Origin: Candidatus Gottesmanbacteria bacterium RIFCSPHIGHO2_01_FULL_40_15
GTDB lineage: Bacteria > Patescibacteriota > Microgenomatia > 2-02-FULL-39-11
Direction: 5' to 3'
Length of the DNA: 64,000 nucleotides
Assembly (NCBI GenBank): GCA_001779115.1
Contig: MFJF01000019.1
Coordinates: 12,733 to 76,732 of the forward strand
The notes under the pieces were generated by a model. That model saw only the letters and a list, made by a program, of their open reading frames with translations. It was not told the DNA's origin and did no database searches. Shown here piece by piece: positions 59,901 through 64,000 of the stretch; the stretch's first letter is position 1; the number at the start of each line of letters is the position of its first letter. The translations under genes and the position numbers were made by a program.

Positions 59901-61604
59901 ATGGATTTTGCCCAAAAAGTTCTTTCATACCTTATTGAACAGGGAGTCCTGACAAAGGAAGCTGCCGAAGAAATAAGGCAGACTGCGATTAATTCCAATT
60001 CTCCGATTATTGACATTTTAAAAAAGCAGCGCCTGGTTGACGAGGAAAAAATTCTACAGGCAAAAGCCAATGCTTTAAATGTTCCTTTCATTTCTCTTAA
60101 CAGCATGGGTATTTCCCCGGAAATTTTAAGTTTAGTTCCCGAACCGGTAGCCCGGAAAAATAAAGTAATTCCATTTGATTTTGATAAAAGAACCCAAAAG
60201 CTGTCGGTGGCCATGATTGATCCTTTAAACCTGCCTTTAATTGAATTTTTGGAGCAGAAAAGCGGTAAACCGATTACACCATATTTGGCCAAAGAAGAGG
60301 AAATTATACAAAAAATCGATGAGGAATATGCCCAAGGGTTGGCCATTGAAGTGTCCGAGGCTATCAAAGAAACGACAGCCGGAACAATCCGGACAATCCA
60401 GGCGGAAAATATCGGACAAATAATTAAGGAAGCCCCGATTGCCAAAATTGTCACAACAGTACTTGAATATGCTCTGAAGGGTAGGGCATCTGATATCCAT
60501 ATCGAACCGCAGGAAACAAAAACCAGAGTCAGATACAGGATTGACGGAGTGCTTCACGAAAAACTGGCTCTTCCCCGAGCTGTCCATGAGGCGGTTCTGT
60601 CAAGGATTAAGATTTTATCGGGTATGAAAATAGATGAGAAAAGATTACCCCAGGACGGCCGGTTCAATTTCAAGATGGGAATGGAGGAAGTTGATTTGAG
60701 GGTTTCCACACTGCCAACAACATATGGTGAGAAAGTGACAATGAGATTACTCCGGAAAACGGGAGGTATTCCCGCTTTAGCCGAACTTGGTATGACGGGA
60801 ACAGCCCTTAAAAATCTGGAGTATGCCATTACCCGTCCTCACGGAATGATTCTGGTAACAGGGCCTACCGGATCGGGGAAGACAACCACACTTTATTCCG
60901 TTCTTTCCCGATTGAATACCATTAATGTAAATATAATCACTTTGGAAGACCCGATTGAATATGAAATAGCGGGATTGAACCAGGTCCAGGTAAATCCCCA
61001 GGCAGGCTTAACCTTTGCATCGGGTATGAGGGCTTTTTTAAGGCAGGATCCCAATATCATTCTGGTCGGGGAGGTCAGGGATAGGGAAACAACATCTTTG
61101 GCTGTCCAGGCGGCTTTAACCGGGCATCTAGTTTTTTCAACACTTCATACCAATAATGCGGCGACGTCAATACCCAGGCTACTTGATCTGGGTGCGGAAC
61201 CTTTTCTTATTGTTTCGGTATTAAATGCCATTGAGGCCCAAAGGATAGTCAGACGGATCTGTACAGCCTGTAAGAAAGAAATTGCATCCGATTCAATTAT
61301 CCGGGAAGACATTAAAAAGACAATGGGGAAATTATTGCCCGAAAATATGAGCCAAATACCTTTATACAGAGGCACCGGCTGCAAGCAATGCAACAATACC
61401 GGATATCTGGGACGGATTGGTATTTTTGAGGCAATGATAGTATCCCAGCAGGTCGGCAGGATGATTTTTGCCAGGGCTTCGGCAGAGGAGATTGAAAACC
61501 AGGCTGTTGAGGAGGGTATGATTACTCTTAAACAGGACGGATATCTGAAAGCCCTGTCGGGCATAACCACGATTGAGGAAGTAAAAAGGGTTGCCCAGGA
61601 ATAA
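59901..61604 (+). CDS. pilB: Type IV pilus assembly ATPase PilB (GspE/PulE family)
   Basis: ASDIHIEP, PQDGRF, TGPTGSGKTTT, EDPIE, RQDPN.ILVGE.RD, Cys4 motif. Confidence 0.93.
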   Translation: MDFAQKVLSYLIEQGVLTKEAAEEIRQTAINSNSPIIDILKKQRLVDEEKILQAKANALNVPFISLNSMGISPEILSLVPEPVARKNKVIPFDFDKRTQKLSVAMIDPLNLPLIEFLEQKSGKPITPYLAKEEEIIQKIDEEYAQGLAIEVSEAIKETTAGTIRTIQAENIGQIIKEAPIAKIVTTVLEYALKGRASDIHIEPQETKTRVRYRIDGVLHEKLALPRAVHEAVLSRIKILSGMKIDEKRLPQDGRFNFKMGMEEVDLRVSTLPTTYGEKVTMRLLRKTGGIPALAELGMTGTALKNLEYAITRPHGMILVTGPTGSGKTTTLYSVLSRLNTINVNIITLEDPIEYEIAGLNQVQVNPQAGLTFASGMRAFLRQDPNIILVGEVRDRETTSLAVQAALTGHLVFSTLHTNNAATSIPRLLDLGAEPFLIVSVLNAIEAQRIVRRICTACKKEIASDSIIREDIKKTMGKLLPENMSQIPLYRGTGCKQCNNTGYLGRIGIFEAMIVSQQVGRMIFARASAEEIENQAVEEGMITLKQDGYLKALSGITTIEEVKRVAQE

Positions 61605-61606
61605 AA

Positions 61607-62671
61607 ATGAATATCGGAGAACTGTTATCACTGACAATATCCAGGAATGCTTCCGACCTTCATCTGCTTGTTGACTATCCGCCGTCTCTGCGGATAAACG
61701 GGGAACTTAAACCTATGGTAACTTTGTCTCTCCTGACTGATGAGTTAATTTCGGAAATGGTTCATTCCTGTTTAAATCCGGCCCAGCGGGAATTGCTTCT
61801 TAATAACCGGGAGATTGATTTTTCGGCAGTTTACAGACTGGACAGCGGTGATAAATTCCGTTTTCGGGGAAATGCCTATTACCAGAAGGGATCTCTGGCG
61901 GCTTCTTTCAGGCTGATTCCTTCCAAAATAAAAACTATTGCTGAACTGAACCTTCCCGATATTCTTAACCGTTTTACACAGTTGCGGGAAGGCTTTATTT
62001 TGCTGACCGGACCCTCGGGCCAGGGAAAATCAACGACGATCGCCTCAATTATTCAGGCGATAAATGAGAGTAGAAACGCCCATATTATATCCATTGAAGA
62101 TCCGGTTGAGTATGAATTCGGCAAAGGAAAAGCTTTAATATCCCAGCGGGAAATGTACCAGGATACCCATTCCTGGAGGAGTGCCCTGAAACATATTTTA
62201 AGAGAGGATCCTGATATTGTATATATCGGAGAGATGAGGGATTATGAGACTATATCTTCGGCTTTGACTATTGCGGAAACCGGTCATCTGGTATTTTCCA
62301 CCCTGCATACGAACTCCGCTTCCCAGACAATTGACAGGGTTATTGACATTTTTCCTTCCGGGCAACAGCCACAAGTGAGAATGCAGTTGTCGATGGTTTT
62401 AAGAGGTGTTGTTTCCCAAAGGCTGGTACCGACAGTTGTCGGAGGAAGAGCTCCGGTTTGTGAAATTTTGTTGGGATCTGATGCAGTTAAAAGCGCCATC
62501 AGGGACGGGCATACCCATATGCTTGATAATATTATCCAGACCTCCATGGAATCCGGAATGATGCTTTTTGAAGAACATCTCAGACAGCGTGTTGAACAGA
62601 ATGTTATTTCGCATGAAATCGCAGTTCAGTATGCTTTAAGACCGGATACTTTTCTTCAGTTAATGAGATAA
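61607..62671 (+). CDS. pilT: Type IV pilus retraction ATPase PilT
   Basis: ASDLHL, GPSGQGKSTT, REDPD, AETGHLVFSTLHT, AIRDG. Confidence 0.93.
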   Translation: MNIGELLSLTISRNASDLHLLVDYPPSLRINGELKPMVTLSLLTDELISEMVHSCLNPAQRELLLNNREIDFSAVYRLDSGDKFRFRGNAYYQKGSLAASFRLIPSKIKTIAELNLPDILNRFTQLREGFILLTGPSGQGKSTTIASIIQAINESRNAHIISIEDPVEYEFGKGKALISQREMYQDTHSWRSALKHILREDPDIVYIGEMRDYETISSALTIAETGHLVFSTLHTNSASQTIDRVIDIFPSGQQPQVRMQLSMVLRGVVSQRLVPTVVGGRAPVCEILLGSDAVKSAIRDGHTHMLDNIIQTSMESGMMLFEEHLRQRVEQNVISHEIAVQYALRPDTFLQLMR

Positions 62672-62673
62672 CC

Positions 62674-63876
62674 ATGCTTAAATTTAACTATAAAACCAAG
62701 AATACCGAGGGTAGAACAGTTGAGGGTGTTGTAGAAGCTGATAATCTGAAACAGGCGCAGGAATTACTTCACGAGCGGGGATTTTATATATTTTATCTGA
62801 AAGAACAACTCCAGAGTTTTTTGCCGACCGGATTTGCTCCCCAAGGGATTTCCTATTCCGACCAGGTCCATGTAACCCGCCAGCTGGCAACGATGATAAC
62901 AGCCGGCTTGAATATCGATGAAGCGTTTTTAATACTTATCCAGCAGGTAAAAAAGCCACGTCTTATAAATTTACTGAAAAAAATCGAAGAAGACGTCAGG
63001 TCGGGAAAATCACTTTCTTCTGCACTTGAAAAATTTCCAAAAATTTTTTCACCGGTCTATCTTTCTTTAGTGCGGGCCGGTGAAGCATCTGGAAAACTGG
63101 ATATTATCCTTGAGAGATTGGCTGACAATCTGGAAAAAAGCCGCGATTTTCGAAATAAAGTAAAAGGATCCCTTCTCTATCCTACTCTGGTTATATCGGG
63201 TATGGTGGTTGTTTCTTTTATCGTTATGACTGTAGTAGTTCCCAGGTTAACCTCGTTATACAGGGAATTTGATATTGACCTTCCGCTGCCGACCAGAATT
63301 CTTATTGGACTGTCCGATTTTTTCGTTAATTACTGGTATGTCATGATAATTGTGGTAGTTTTAACAGTTGTGGTGCTTTTAAGAGTGCGTCAGTCAAAAT
63401 ACGGCCAATTTGTGCTGGCAACAATAATATTGAATATTCCCATATTCGGACCCATTTTCAGGCAATCAACCCTGGTTGAGTTGACTAAAACTTTGGCCAT
63501 TCTGATTGACAGCGGAGTGCCCATTCTGACGGCACTGGAGATTGCCAGAAATACTACGGATAACATTATTTTTAAAGACGCTTTTGAGACGGCAGCCAAA
63601 AAAGTGGAGAAAGGATTTCCGCTGTCGGACCCGCTTCTTGAAAATAAACTGATGCCGACGATTCTGGGGCAGATGGTGGCTATCGGTGAACATACGGGAA
63701 AAATGGGAGAGTCTCTCACCAAATTATCGAAGTATTTTGAAGCGGAAGCCGAGATTGCAGTTCGTACCTTGACAACACTTATTGAGCCTCTTATCATGGT
63801 TGTATTAGGCTTAGGGGTAGGTTTTTTGGTAATGGCAGTACTTTTGCCTATTTATTCGCTGACCAGTAAATTTTAA
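62674..63876 (+). CDS. pilC: Type IV pilus platform protein PilC (GspF family)
   Basis: TRQLATMI.AGL, AGEASGKL, YP, IGEHTG, LIEP. Confidence 0.93.
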   Translation: MLKFNYKTKNTEGRTVEGVVEADNLKQAQELLHERGFYIFYLKEQLQSFLPTGFAPQGISYSDQVHVTRQLATMITAGLNIDEAFLILIQQVKKPRLINLLKKIEEDVRSGKSLSSALEKFPKIFSPVYLSLVRAGEASGKLDIILERLADNLEKSRDFRNKVKGSLLYPTLVISGMVVVSFIVMTVVVPRLTSLYREFDIDLPLPTRILIGLSDFFVNYWYVMIIVVVLTVVVLLRVRQSKYGQFVLATIILNIPIFGPIFRQSTLVELTKTLAILIDSGVPILTALEIARNTTDNIIFKDAFETAAKKVEKGFPLSDPLLENKLMPTILGQMVAIGEHTGKMGESLTKLSKYFEAEAEIAVRTLTTLIEPLIMVVLGLGVGFLVMAVLLPIYSLTSKF

Positions 63877-63906
63877 ATATTGAAAATTCAGAAAAGGAGG
63901 TGAGGA

Positions 63907-64000
63907 ATGCAATACAAAAAGCATAGTTCCGGTTTCACCTTAATAGAAATACTAATTGTGGTAGCTCTTTTGGGAGCCCTCGTAGTCGGGCTTTTGGCGA
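63907..64000 (+). CDS. Type IV prepilin, truncated by the window edge
   Basis: MQYKKHSSG|FTLIEILIVVALLG class III signal; AAAGGAGGTGA SD upstream. Confidence 0.9.
   Translation, partial: MQYKKHSSGFTLIEILIVVALLGALVVGLLA

Overview
Chromosomal window from a small-genome bacterium, most likely Patescibacteria/CPR, Microgenomates-like. This is inferred from gene content: archaeal-type ProRS, a short RF1, no rplI after rpsF-ssb-rpsR, a VirD4-like ATPase, a type IV pilus operon and CPR-style hypothetical proteins. Most genes are housekeeping: translation (frr, proS, cysS, hisS, rpsU, rpsF, rpsR, rpmE, prfA-like, tRNA-Leu), replication and repair (dnaX, recR, ssb, dnaB, gyrA, gyrB, holB-like, xerC/D-like), proteases, transporters, an H+-pyrophosphatase and pilB-pilT-pilC-pilin. 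Five signals are not explained by ordinary annotation. (1) A ~1.0 kb ORF-free region (47.6-48.6 kb) just upstream of the Xer-type recombinase has nested long-range helices, G-U pairs favouring the + strand, a pseudoknot and twin hairpins with complementary loops; it is a candidate large structured ncRNA. (2) A leaderless 15-aa Cys-Cys leader peptide with terminator/antiterminator hairpins precedes cystathionine beta-synthase, at the end of an adenosine kinase-ahcY-SAM hydrolase cluster. (3) Short palindromic elements ending in CAAG occur nested inside each other upstream of rpsU and in frame inside cysS, and a RAYT-type HUH transposase with 15-bp terminal inverted repeats lies elsewhere in the window. 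(4) The release factor lacks its N-terminal domain. (5) Many gene starts look leaderless. All base pairings were read by eye; no folding program or database search was run.
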